From: Okamejei kenojei
Taxonomy: Eukaryota
Assembly (NCBI GenBank): GCA_035221665.1
Contig: CM069138.1
Coordinates: 69,750,001-69,814,000 of the forward strand
Direction of reading: 5' to 3'
DNA: 64,000 bases
Below are positions 49,409 to 62,321 of this stretch, piece by piece. The notes under the pieces are model-generated. The model was not told the DNA's origin and searched no databases. It saw nothing but the letters and a program-made list of their open reading frames with translations. The stretch's first letter is position 1. Each line of letters starts with the position of its first letter. Both the position numbers and the translations under genes were made by a program.

Positions 49409-52400
49409 ATTTTACTTCGGAGTCACGTGAGTGACTACGTGAAGAAGCCCCGCCAGTGTGCATGCTCGTCATTACGTCAGATGCATCGGGCTGGCAGGGC
49501 AATGCTCCTGCCGGTGGTAAGTTTCAACCTAGAAGGTAAGTGTTTTTTATTTACCAGCATTGTTTGTTCAAGCAGGAGCCTCTCTTCACAGAGGTTTTCT
49601 GCCGGATTTATCCGAAGTCCGATGCGTAAGCCGGCTATGGGCTGTGGGGGAACCCCGGACCGACCACTGAAGCGGACAGCCGGCAAAGATCGGGTTTCGA
49701 GATAACAGCCGCTCACAAAGCAGTCAGTGGCTTCCAGCCTGCTGGGATGCCGTTTAAAGAATGCCAGAGTCGCTGACAGTGCGGTCAGCGACTCACAGGC
49801 ACGTTGGTCCCCAGGCATGGAGTAAAATTGGAGTGAGAGAGAACTCGTGCAGCCCTATTGGGACTCGGGTGAGTCGGGCTGCAAGGGTTCCTCTCCGATA
49901 ATAAGGGTATTTTTCACCCTTTAGAAGTCCACACTGCCAAATTAGTGAGACTACACTATAAGAGCGCGGGCCTATGGGACAGGCCGCGCCAGCAGCACTT
50001 GGAACAGGGCTGTTTCATGTGAAAAAGCGCCGGCCTCTACGAGAGGTGGCGCCAGCAATGCCTGGGACAGGGTTGCTCAAGGTCTCCCTGCTGGAGTGGG
50101 AGACCAGGACGGGTCAGTGTACTACTGACGCCAAATCTGTCACAGCGCTGGACTACGGGAGAGCCGTGCCAGCAGTGCCTGGGATAAGGCTGCTTCATGT
50201 GTGAAAGCGCCGGCCTACGGGAGAGCTGCGCCAGCAGCGCCTAGTACAGGGCTGCTCAAGGTCTCCCTGTTGCAAAGGGCAGACCAGTTTGGGTCAATGG
50301 GTTGCTGACACCAAACTTTTCACAGAGCAGGCCTACGGGAGAGCCGCGCCAGCAGCACCCGTTGACAGGGCTGTGTGTATGACCTCCCATAAGCAGGAAC
50401 CGGGAGAGCCAGGGCAGTATAAATCTGACCCTGAAGTGGTGAGCTCCCGTGAGCATCAGCCGGGAGAACCAGGACATGGGGACCCAGCACAGCAGCATCT
50501 CGTTTGGGCTGCGTGTGTGATCTCCCGTGAGAATGACTTGGAAGAGCCAGGGAAGTAGGAATCTGACCCTGAAGTTTGGGCCACAGCACACCAGCACCTC
50601 GTTTAGGGCTGTGTGCGACCTCCCGTGAGCATCAGCCGGGAGAGCCAGGGCAGGGTGAAGCTGACCCTGAAGTTTGGTGTCATTGCTTATGTGCATACAC
50701 CAGAGCACATGAGCCATGCTCTAGGTATGCCGGATGGGGTCAGAAATTTACAATACCGGCGGGAACTGATGCAGCCAGGGATAACAATCTGACCAGCAAA
50801 TTAATGGCCTCTCACCAGTTCCAGGACTTCATAATGGAAGAAACTTCACATATCAAACACGTAACTGTGCATCGCTCTAAAGGAGCGCTTCATGAGGGCG
50901 CATGAATTAAGGCTGCAGAAGTCTTAAAAAACTGGTTGGAGCAGGAACTATGGCGTTTGGGCAAATGGCAAGGCCACTATCTAAACACAGCAGGATATGG
51001 ACCCTGCTGTGTAATGCCCATTTGTTAGTTTATTATTTACGAATAACTATACAGCCTACACTCAACCCACAGTTCACAGCCTTGCGCAGATCCTCTAGTA
51101 CTCAGGGGAAGACCTGGACGATGAGACAAAAACTGAGACCAGGATGCCACCTCAAAAACCGTACCCTTTAGGAAGAGGTAAGTGAATATTGGACTGTATC
51201 CGGGGATCTTGAATAGGTATCTCGGAAGTACATCCTCCCGTACAAAATACACGTAGTTGGGTATTGGGGTTCAATACCACTAACTCTACAGATGAATGAT
51301 GCATATCAGCCTTAACAATTGTGTCCAATCCCCCAGCCAAAAGAACGATGGTGGGTGTCGAGTCATTCTGGGCCGAAACATACTTAACCCTTAAGGTCCA
51401 GTATAAAAGGTTTTAAATAAATATTTCAGTATAGTAACTGGGATAAAAAGGGTGTTATATGGCAGCCATAGATCTGAAAGATAATATTCAGCTACCACAC
51501 ACCTGTTGAGAGGTTAGGTCCTCACCCATCTAATTAAACTCAGATTAGTACCATTTAGAATGATTGGCTATTTGAGGTCATCATTGGTTAATTAACATGG
51601 CAGTACTTTGCCTACGGCCAAAAGTGTAACTAATGTCTCACGATGTACTAGCGACATTCTGACTCAATAACCTTTAGTTTACAAACTGATGTGAGCTTCA
51701 GGATGAGGAGCCACTGATATCAAGTCTGGCTGTGGCGGAGATAGAATGTGAAAGAACATTCTATCTCCGCATGAGGCATGAAGTAAACTGCATAGAATTG
51801 CTGAGTGCATTCTATGGCCTAAAGAATTCTGCTCAACAATGCATAATTTGCATGTGCAGCTTCAGATTGATAATACCACAGCTGTTGCATATCAATCACA
51901 TGGGTGGAATGAGGTCATTATTCTGTGGCAATCTGCCTAGCCTCATCTGGCACTGGTGCATTACAAGGAACATCTGGGTCTCAGATATCTACCTATCAGG
52001 TAGAGATAATGCAAAAGTTGCAGACACCAGGTCATGTAAATTCCATGACAAACAAAAAATGGATGATGAATCCAAAAGTTTCAAAATGATTGTTATGGAT
52101 TGCCAGACATAGATCTGTTGCATCTGGGTTAAATTACCAGTACCTATATTTGGCATGGGAACCAAATCTAGGGGCAGTAGCGGAGGATACATTCTCGCTA
52201 CATTGGGGATGTACATTCTTACGCTTTCCCCATTTCTGCCTCATTTAATCAATGTCTCACCAAAATAGAGTACAACTACACTTAGGCGTTTGGTAGTTCC
52301 TAAACTGGTCCACACAGCATGGTCCCATTGGTTCTGAGAGGGATGACACAGCATTCATGATTATCCCAATTACAGCAACTTGTTGGTTCACACTGGGACA

Positions 52401-53915
52401 GGAGGAAAGTTCCCCTTTACATGAGCGTATTAATCTATTGATTTGGATCTTCTGACCAGACTGTTCCAGGGACTCGGACTATCGAGTAGGACCGTCTATG
52501 TGATTACGGTGGCCTGGAGAGATAGTACTAAAAAAAGATATGTATCTCATATTAAGAAATGGGAGATGTCCTGTTTACAGTCAAATATATCATAAGTTGC
52601 AGGCATACCGGATGTATTGGAGTTCCTGGCTACATTGCATTTGATGAGCAGTTAAGCTATAGTGCCATTTATAGTGCTCAAAGTACTTTGTCCTCCTACT
52701 TAGTACAAGGGTCCGGAAAACACTCTGTCGGATCTCATCTATTGGTGGCCCGATTCATAGGAGGTATTTTAACAAAACCCTCCCAGAGAAAAATCTGGGA
52801 TGTGTGCATAGTTCTCACACTGCTTTGGCAATGGGGTCCAATTACATCTCTGTCTTTCCGGAAGTTAATGCTCAAAGTGGTCATGTTCATGGTGCTAATG
52901 GCAGCACTATGGGTCCAAATAGTGCAAAAGTTATGACTGGACAGCATGCATTCTTCTGTAGATTATATTGTGTTTTAATCAAATGATCTAATCAGAGCAG
53001 GCCAGGGATGGCTGGAACCAAAATAAGCTTAAAATATACCCATTGATCTGAGACTATACGTAATTATGCATCTGAGCTAATAATATCAAGGTCCTCAAGA
53101 GTTTCAGAGGCTCTGAAACAATGATGGTCATCAGCCATATAAAACCTCATACGAAGGTGTCAGTACAAGCTATTGCTAGATGGCCGAAACAGGTTTGCAT
53201 TGTGCTGGAGTAGACACTGATGTGTTTAATCACTCCACCAGGGCGGCATCAACATACGCAGCAAAGGCACAGGACGTGCCATTGGACCAAATCCTCACCA
53301 CAGGATAGTCCAGTTAAGGAACCTTTTAGTGTTTATGACAAACCTGTCCTCGCAATGCAAAGATTTGAGCATGCTGTTTTGGGTTCTGTTTGAGTTCTCC
53401 TTTGTAATTTCCCCTGCGAAAGAGGGGTTATTACAGTTCTTTTATTGTTTAAGACATTCATTGTATAATTTATACAATGTTTGATACATTATTTGGTTAT
53501 CCTGTGTCAACCAAGGCAGTGTGTCGCATGGAACTGTATCTACGGCATGAAATCACAGAGCTTTGAAATCTTCAACGTAGTCACTCACGTGACTCCGAAG
53601 TAAAATAGTAAGATTAAATGAGAACTTACCAGTTTGAAGTTTGATCTTTATTTTATGAGGAGTTACGATGAGGGCCCTACGCTCCCGACCCTCATAATCA
53701 CAAAGATCATCTGGTAGTTTTTGTCTTCTGAGTCTTACTATATCACTTCGACTGTAGTTACTGTGATTTCAAGCCGCTGCTTTGAAGATTGACGAGCATG
53801 CGCACTGGCGGGGCTTCTTCATGTAATCCCTCATCGTAACTCCTCATAAAATAAAGATCAAACTTCAAACTGGTAAGTTTAATGGTAAACTGGTAAACTC
53901 ATTTAATCTTACTAT
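49409..53915 (+). mobile_element. DIRS1-like retrotransposon (copy 3) with both termini and ICR; coding regions heavily decayed
   Basis: Left end 49409-49444 is complementary to ICR 53570-53606. 49437-49471 is complementary to 53790-53824. ICR 53607-53674 is complementary to the right end. Remnants of RNase H (HINHMGG), MT (DIDL..AS, DTFSLHW) and YR (HSTRAAST). Confidence 0.95.
49965..50680 (+). repeat. Higher-order tandem repeat arrays within the DIRS gag region
   Basis: gcctacgggagagccgcgccagcag-like units at ~49970, 50033, 50150, 50212, 50330 (~180-bp super-unit); second array of ctcccgtgagcatcagccgggagagccaggg / ctgaccctgaagt units to 50675. Confidence 0.85.
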
Positions 53916-54349
53916 CTCTTCTTATTTTACACACATGGAAAACGTTATGTTTTTATCAACAACGCCTGAGACATCATCACTAGTATGCAGTAAATGTTTT
54001 CAAACTCCACAGGCATGGAACAGCAGAGTTGTCATTTGGTTCTGCTCCCAATCCCCTTCAGTTCCCTGAATTATTTTTTTGCAATTTGATTCTAATCACC
54101 TATTGAAATTTATCAACTGGTCGGTTCCACTCATCAATCATGCTAAAAGTCAGGCTGCACTTTAATCAGGACTGGGACAAAAGCTACTTTTATAATCCTT
54201 TGACGTTAACAAAACGGGCACACCTTATTACTGATTCTCTTATAATGTACTTCCCTCCTCATGAGCTTCTAATAGGCTGTTTTCCCTGTAAGCAAAATCA
54301 GATTTGAACGAGTGTTTTGTTATGAACAATCAGTATAGCAGTCTACCAA

Positions 54350-55910
54350 GACCTTTTAGAGGTTTATAAAATCATCAGGACCTTAGATAAGGTGAATAAC
54401 CACAGTCTTTTGTATAAGGTGAATATTAAAGATGAGTGAGTGAGGTTATAGGTATAAGGTGAGTGTTAAAGATTTAACAGGGACCTGAGCAGCAACCTGT
54501 AAGAAACATAGAAAAATAGGTGCAGGAGTAGGCCATTTGGCCCTTCGAGCCAGCACCGCATTTAATATGACCATGGCTGATCATCTAGAATCAGTACCCC
54601 ATTCCTGCTTTTTCTCCATATCCCTTAATTCCTTTAGCCGAAGAGCTAAATCTAACTCTCTCTTGAAAATGGAGAAAATGGTTTGTTTAGAGTGTGGTGG
54701 GTGAATGGAACAAGATGGCAGAGGAAGTGGCTTGTGATCTCCCAGCAGAGTGTGATTTCCAGAAGAGAATGTTGCCGACTGGCCCACCCCAGACCGCAGT
54801 AGTACATGCTGAGGAATGCACTGAAGCTTGGTGCAGCCAGTGGCAAGGCTCTGCCTGGGAGAACCTCAGTCTAGGGTCCTTCCACTGGTGGAACAAAGTG
54901 TGGTGGAGACACTTCACAAACAAAGGAAGGGATGTCACCCCAGGGGGCCACATGAGTGGCCAGGGTGCCGGGTATAATGATGGGTTTTGAGAACACTACA
55001 AGATATAATGCTAAGGAATGTATATACAGCTATGGAGAATGACAGAGGAATTTTGCACAGTTCTTGTCTTATACATATTTTTTTCCTGAATAGTTTACTT
55101 TGATTTAAAAAAAGAGGAAGTGGTAGAGGCACGTACAAAAAATAACATTTAAAAGACACTTGGACATCTGCATCGATAGGAAAATTTTGGAGGAAGATGG
55201 GCCAAATACAGGCAAATGAGCTAACTCAGTTATCAACTTGGTCATAAGCTATAGGAGTAGAATTAGGCCATTTGACCCATCAAGTCTACTCCGCCATTCA
55301 ATCATGGCTGATCTATTTCTCCCTCCTAACCCCATTCTCCTGCCTTATCCCCATAACCTCTATCACCTGTACTAATCAAAAATCTATCTATCTCTGCCTT
55401 AGATATATCCACTGACTCGGCACCTACAGCCTTCTGTGGCAAAGAATTCCACAGATTCACCACCCTCTGACTAAATAAATTTCTCCTCATCTCCCTAAAA
55501 GAACGTCCTTTAATGCTGAGGCCATGACTTCTAGTTCTAGACTCTCCCAGTCTTCTCCAAGTCCACTCTATCCAAGCCTTTCACTATTCGGTAAGTTTTA
55601 ATGAGCCCCCCCCCCTAATTATTCTAAACTCCAGCGAGTGCAGGCTCAGTGCCAACAAATGCTCATCATAGGTTAACCCACTCATTCCTGGGATCATTCT
55701 TGTAACCCTCCTCTGGACCTTCTCCAGTACCAGCTCATCCTTCCTCAGATATGGTGCCCAAAATTGCTCATAATATTCCAAATGCGGACTTACCAGCCTC
55801 AACACCACATCCCTGTTTTTATATACAAGCCCTCTCGAAATAAATGCTAGCATTGGCATGGTGAGTAGGGCCAGGAGGGCCTGTCTGTATGTGGCATAGC
55901 TCTATGACTC
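54350..55910. mobile_element. Cluster of CR1 fragments: a plus-strand host interrupted by antisense CR1 3' ends (54500-54670; 55245-55855) and a Tx1 piece
   Basis: Minus ORF 55584-55859 MLAFISRGLVYKNRDV...PHLEYYEQFWAPYLRKD; plus-strand CR1 UTR pieces at 54690-54730 and 55113-55245. Confidence 0.75.
54731..55112 (+). mobile_element. Tx1/L1-clade 3' fragment with 11-bp TSD
   Basis: TSD agaggaagtgg at 54720-54730 and 55113-55123; ECCRLAHPRPQ*YMLRNALKLGAAS.KA...TSV* resembles shark Tx1 ORF2 ends; short A tail. Confidence 0.7.
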
Positions 55911-56884
55911 CTATATGTAATGCACAGCATTGAAATAACATAAGATGTGTGAATATATGGAAAGTGAACATTAACACTTAATAGTCTTCAGATGACAGAA
56001 AAGGCAAACTTGAAGCTCTTTATCACCCCATACTTTCTCCAAGAAGCTTGTTGTTGATCTTTAAAATGTATCTATAATCATTATTCCAATTTCTATGTCC
56101 AGCAGAAGCTTGTGAAAGCAAAATGCTTTGTTGAATAGGAGACACGTTAAAAAAACATACTTCAACAAACATAATGGTTAAAATTATAACTAATTAAATT
56201 TGGTATGCAGAAAGGCAGATATATATGAATGGTGTCTTGCGCCAATAATCTAAGTCACTGTAACCAATTGGCTTGAAGCCCAGTTCATTCTTCGTGTAAA
56301 TAATGAATCATGCTAATTGGTAGCTATGAAAGTATAATAAATGACTATTTACCCTTTATGTTCTTTATTCTATCTCACTGAATGCATACTGCATTCAATC
56401 ATCACTATTTGTGGTGGTCTTTGGATTTAATAATTTGAGAATGAGTAGAATTAAATGAGGCCCAAAGGAAAATTAAATGTGCACAAAAGAGAAGGATGTA
56501 GATGCAATACTAAAGGGGAGATCTTGAAAATACTCTCAACCCTTTGGACATTGCTACTTTCCAAATATTTGTATTCTTCCATTGAATATGAATGATAGTT
56601 GTTTGTGTGACATACCAGCCTATGGTCTGGACACTGGGTAAATCATTTGGGTGGTGAGTGGTGTATGACTTGTTGAAGCTACACAGATTCAATCAAAGTG
56701 GACAATGGGCCATTTTGCTCCTGAGCGTCTCTATACAATTTTTGGTGTTTAGTCCTATATCTCAGCTTCACCAGACTGTCACTTTAATTTCAGGTATGCC
56801 TCATGCTGCCTCCAGTGTGCTCTTCTGTTCTTCTCATTGAACTGGGCTTGATCTGCTGACTTGATTGTAATGGTAGAATAAGTG

Positions 56885-57020
56885 CTGGTACATGGACAGG
56901 TACATGGACTAGGAAAGGTTTAGAGGAATATGGGACAAACGTGGACAGGTGGGACCAGTGTAGATGGTCAGCATGGGCAAGTTGGGCCAAAGGGCCTGTT
57001 TCCACGCTGTATGACTATAT
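56885..57020 (+). mobile_element. CR1 3' UTR fragment
   Basis: ggacaggtacatggactaggaaaggtttagagg...gggcctgtttccacgctgtatgactata. Confidence 0.8.
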
Positions 57021-57994
57021 CATAAGAGCTATGCCGGACGACCTGTTTACTAATTGTAGCAAATACATTTCTGCCCTTGTCCAGCAGGTTTATTTGTTGT
57101 AATGGGATAAAATTGTCTCAAGTGGACTTCATTGTAGTTAATAGCAACAACATCCATTCTGGACCTAAATTTAACAATTGGCAAAACCAAAAGCTGAAAC
57201 AGAGAGGTGCAGGGAGATTTTAGGATGCCTGCGTATAGTTCAATAAAAGGACAAGTTCTGAAAGTAATCCAGAAGACTACTGGAAATATGGTTTATATAT
57301 CTGAAAGCCTGGCTTACAAAGGCCTCTTGTTATGCTATGACTATGTGAATGACATTTTACTTATTTCCATGTAATATGGAAGTTATAAATCATATTCATT
57401 GATACTCCACAGTACACTTCCTTTCTAAAAATAATTCAATCAGTTTTGGGCAAAGCTGCTCTCTTTCAGATAACTATGCTGTTTTTTTCCGATAGTTGAC
57501 AACTTTCAGAGTGTTCCCTAAGTAGGGACTCAAGCAATTTCTTGACAACAGATTTCAGGCTAAGTTATCTTTATCACATTGACACATTTCTAAAGAAGAT
57601 ACTGTGAACATTTTCTGTGTAAAAGAACAGTTTTGAAATTGAGGGAATTTTTGAAGATTGTTAAAAGGTTATTCACTGCATCTTTCAAAACCCTGGCAGA
57701 GAAATTTTGTGATCTAGAAATTAATCAGACTTGTGCGCCATCATTTCTTCATTACTTTTACTGCTATCGCATTAGTTTTGGTTAATCCCTATTCCTGTCC
57801 TACATGTTACACAGGTAATTGTGTGACTTGTTACACAGGTAATTGTGTTATATGTTCCCCATTTGCCAATTATTAAGTGACTCAGATAACTCCTGACTAT
57901 TCTCTTTTTGAAGTTTATTTTCTTACACTTGGATTTTGAAGTCCCTTGAGTGTACATCCTGCAGAATCTTCTTGTAATCATGCATCTATTATGT

Positions 57995-58122
57995 GAACAC
58001 AAAGAACTGCAGATGCTGGTTTACAAACAAAAAAGGAAAACACAATGCTGAAGTAATTCACCAGGTCAGGCAGCATCTCTGGAGGACATGAATATGTAAT
58101 GTTTTAGGACATGACCCTTCTA
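57995..58122 (-). mobile_element. Penelope-derived short repeat
   Basis: gaactgcagatgctgg...ggtcaggcagcatctctggaggacatg...atgttttaggacatgacccttct. Confidence 0.7.
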
Positions 58123-58639
58123 TTCTGTAATATTTTAATGTACTTTATATCACTCCGTCTCCAGGACTGCACCCAGACGCGCAATTCTGTACTGTTTATA
58201 TTTCTATTTTTCTGTGTCTTTTCCCTCCTATCATCATGGTTGTATGTTTTTGGCAAGTAGAACTCTAGCCCCTTAGGATATTAACTGGTTCTGCATCACA
58301 TTCTCCATCCCACTTATCTTCTCTAGTTTTACCAATTAAAGTATTTGCTCAGGTTACTGTTGACAGATCTTGTCTCATTAAAATAAAGTCAGCCTTATCA
58401 AAATCTAAAATCTTGCTGGCTCTTTTATCTTACACCTTCTATAATTTTACATTGAACGATCAATATATTTATGATATCACAGTTCACACGCCGTTAGGTT
58501 GTTAAATTAACCTGGTTCAATGTAAATTCTTGATTAGTAAGGGTGTCAAAGGTTACGGGGCAAAGCAGGAGAATGGGCTAAGAAGGAAAAATAGATCAGC
58601 CATAATCGAATGGCAGAGTAGATTTGATGTGCTGAATGG

Positions 58640-58984
58640 CCACTGGGCCTGCGGCTGGAGCCTCCGAAACTCCGAAGTCGGGTCACAGCCGCTCGCCACC
58701 ACAGCTCTCCACGCTCCAAAGCCAGCCAGCTCCACGATGGTAAGTCCGCAGGCTCCGTGACTGGAGCCCCCGGGTCGTTCCGATTGGAGGCCGCTCCACG
58801 GTGCTAGGCCCCAACGACAACGGAGACCCGACAGGGAAAAGGTTGGGTCCCCTGTACAGGGAAGAGATTTTAAACAGCTAAAAACAATATATAAACTACA
58901 ACCAAACTATACACTCAACAGGACAAACATTTTTAAAAAGACAGATAGACTGCAGAGGCCCCTGCTGCGAGGCGCCGCCATCTT
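58640..58984 (-). mobile_element. GC-rich non-coding retro-element, 5' part (copy C), starting with YY1-like AAGATGGCGGC
   Basis: Reverse strand aagatggcggcgcctcgcagcaggggcctctgcagtctatctgtc matches the 5' end of copy B; shared gatggtaagtccgcag.ctcc motif. Confidence 0.6.
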
Positions 58985-59532
58985 TGACATGCTCTAGTAC
59001 TTCACAGTTGATTACATGGGTATTTACACATCAGATGAAGTGAGTCGGTGAAAAAAAGAGGAGATAAGAAAAGAACTGTAAGCACCTTAATTTGAGGAAT
59101 TTCTCTGACTGCACTTTGGTTGAGCAACTGCTGATAAAGTATCTTCTCAAAGCACTAAATAGCAACTGGTGTTTGTATCCTTCAGCTCAGTGCAGTCCCT
59201 TCTATTAACATTCACTGTGGCTTGCAGGGGAAGAGAACTGTTAGAAGCAGCAGCACAAGAAGCAGTATGGTTCATTTGTCCAGGCTGCAGCCCACCATAT
59301 ACAGAAACATCATGAAATAGGTTTTCACTCTACATTGCCCTTTTAAAACGTACTTATGTGGAATATTTCAGTGACCGGATGCAGTATAATTTGTGACTTG
59401 TTTGATATGGATAATAGATGTAGGTACAAAGTTTAATAGCTTTTGTTTGTATAAGGGTGCAGTCAAAAGGTAGAGAAACAGCTTCTGAATTTGTACATAT
59501 CTGATATAGGGTCTAGTCAGCTAATTTTAATT

Positions 59533-60280
59533 GAAACACAAAGTGCCAGAGTAACTCAGCAGGTCAGGCACCATCTCTGGAGAACATGGATAGTTTACTT
59601 TGGTTTAGTTTAACAATACAGCGCAATAATATGTCCTTCGGCACCGACCAGCAATCCCCACACACCATCCTACGCACACACTGGTGACTGACATTTAAAC
59701 ACCAAGCCAATTAACCTACAAACCTGTGCATTTTTAGAGTGTAGGAGGAAGCCAAAGATCTCGGAGAAAGCCCACGTGGTCATGGGGAGAACATACAAAC
59801 TCCATACAGACAGCAAGACAGCACCCATAGTCAGGATTGAACCTGTGTCTCCGGAGCTGCAAGCACTGTAAGGCAGCAACTCTACCACTGCGCCAACGTG
59901 CAGCCCAATGTTTTGGGTCGGGAGCCTTTTTCAGTCTCATTGTAGTGGGGATGTGGGGGGTAGGAGAAATAGGGGGTGGGCAGTCAGAGCAGAGCAAAGT
60001 CAGGAAAGTGATAGATACAGCAGATGGGTGTTAATTGGCAGATGGGCACACAAAGACCAGTGAAATAAGGCGAGAAGAGGTATAAATTGTGAGTCCAGAG
60101 GAAAGATTGTAGGTGGAAGGAAATATGGGAAAGGGGAAAGGGGTGGGATAGTGGGAGAATGGGCGCACACTTTGAAAAGAGTGGAGGGGGAGTGGAGATG
60201 GATTGTTGGTCAGTAACATAAAATTGGAGAATTCAAAGTTCATACCATTGGATTGTAAGCTACCCAAGCAGAATACCCTA
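59533..60280 (-). mobile_element. Penelope 3' end (GIY-YIG C-terminus plus pLTR), split by an HE1 SINE (59594-59906, minus)
   Basis: Reverse strand FCLGSLQSNGMNFEFSNF resembles the PLE terminal motif IFxLxTLxPxGLN. Then pyrimidine tract, ctgaaaaaggctcccgacccaaaacatt, and the family tail beyond the SINE. Confidence 0.8.
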
Positions 60281-60584
60281 CCTCCACATAATCCACATAA
60301 TATATAACAAAAATTAAACTTGCTAGGCAGTGGAGAAAGAGCAGTGAATTGGGACCAATTGGGAAGCTTATTCAGAGATTTGGTATAGGCAACACGGGCC
60401 AAATTACCTCCTGCCGTGCGGTGTGACTCGAAGATCAGTTGACAGAAAATACCCGTGTCTACCTAAACTACAGCATAATACACAGCAAAAATTGTTTTAA
60501 AAAAACCTCTTGCTCTCTAAAGGTTGTTGTGTCTTCCTTTATTCCTTACAAAATTATTATTTAAACACCAAAAAAAGATAATTT

Positions 60585-61100
60585 GTTCTACAGGTGCACA
60601 GTAGAGAGCATACTGACTGGTTGCAACGTGGCCTGGTTCGGCAACATGAAAGTCCAGGAACAGACTGCAAAAAGTTGTAAACACTGCCCAGACCATCATC
60701 GGCTCCGACCTCCCCACCATCGAAGGGATCTATTATAGTCACTGACTCAAAACGGCAGCAACATCATCAAAGCTACACCATCCTGGCCACACACTCATCT
60801 TACCACTGCCATCGGGAAGAAGGTACAGGAGCCTGAGAACTGTAACATCCAGGTTCAGGAACAGCTTCATCCCTACAGCTATCAGGCTATTAAACACGAC
60901 AACCTCATAAGCTAGGAACTACAGAAGACTATTATTATTATTATTATTGCACTGTTATTGTTTTTTCTTTTTTTCAGAGTTTTTGTTCTATTATTTATTT
61001 TTATTATATATTCTGTTGTGCTTCAGCAAGTAATAATTTAATTGTCCTATCTGGGACATATGACAATAAAGCAATCTTGACTTGACTTGACTCTTGACTT
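60585..61100 (+). mobile_element. Rex1/Babar-clade LINE 3' fragment
   Basis: YRCTVESILTGCNVAWFGN...LQKVVNTAQTIIGSDLPTIEGIY...LPSGRRYRSLRTVTSRFRNSF; (gactt)n tail. Confidence 0.88.
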
Positions 61101-62321
61101 ACTTATTTCACAGCCAAAAGCTTGCCAAATGTCTGGTGGCATTTGACAGTGGCTCCGTGAGCAGACTCCATCTGTTGGATATATGTGCAATGACATTTCA
61201 CTTTCAAAATGCACCCCATTACAGTTCAAACAGGTTGTTTTTGGCGTAAAACAAATCAGAAATAGAACTTATGGAGGATTCGTGTCCATGATATTCATGT
61301 TTGCATAGAATTTGGCACAAGAAATTACAACAGATATTCCCTTCCTGAAGTAATTATATCTTATGCATTGGTGCACTCTACATATTATTCAGATAGGACT
61401 AAAGCCTTTGTTTTTTCTTTCTCTAAAGAGAATCACAAATCATCAATAATCTTGACAGCTTCCTGTAATGTTTTAGCAATGGCCAATTCTAGATGAAATA
61501 TATATTCAATGTCAAGAAAATATTATTCAGTGAATTCAACCTCAGAACTTTGCTCAGAGTTCACGAGATTCTTCATTTCCGGTCTAGTTAACAACATTGT
61601 AACTACCATCCCCATTTCAACTCCAGCCATAACAAATAAAATTAAGGTTATTTTAATGAAGAATAGATGTGACTCATGTGTAATACAATACAGCAGAATA
61701 CAGTTAAGAGCAGCTAATTGCAGTTTACTTTATTGTCAACATTAACGTTTGCATTCAATTGAACTTATAAATCATTACATCACTTGCATCTGATAGGGGT
61801 TATAAACTTTGTGGCATGACATACACTTTGTTTTTGCAAACTAGTTGATTTTTCCAAACCACTCCCAAAGGAATTATGAAGTCGGCCAAAGGGTATTATT
61901 GTGTATGTTTGGGATTTGTTAAATACTGTTCAAAATTTGTAAACGTATGGTGAACCCAGTTTACACCAATGTAATAGGGCAGAAGTTGTTTCAAATCCAG
62001 GGTGCAGTGTGACCAAGATACAAAGTGATCATAAACAATTTTAATATCATTCATTAATGTACTTTGTCTGGCTTGGCATTGCAGTTGAATCTTGTTCAAT
62101 GAAACTCCCAGTAGAAATGAATCAGTTCCTCCAGTATTTTGTGTCTCTCCACAGCGTAAACCAGCATCTGCAGTTCCTTCCTACACAATGCCATGTATCA
62201 CTTTGTTCCATTAATATGAATTCTAATCCTATTGCTTTAACATGCAGTAGTGCTCATTAATGTGCTTCTGGTAGGAAATAAAAGATCCATAGTGAAAACT
62301 ATCATAAAGGTCTGAGCCTAT

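Noticed and set aside
49530-49545. Strong splice donor aag|gtaagt near the DIRS left end
   Set aside because: Only one left end is available in the window, so conservation cannot be assessed.
49965-50680. Repeat-spacer-like pattern suggesting a CRISPR array
   Set aside because: Eukaryotic context, degenerate repeats, spacers that are themselves repeated, no cas genes; it lies inside DIRS gag.
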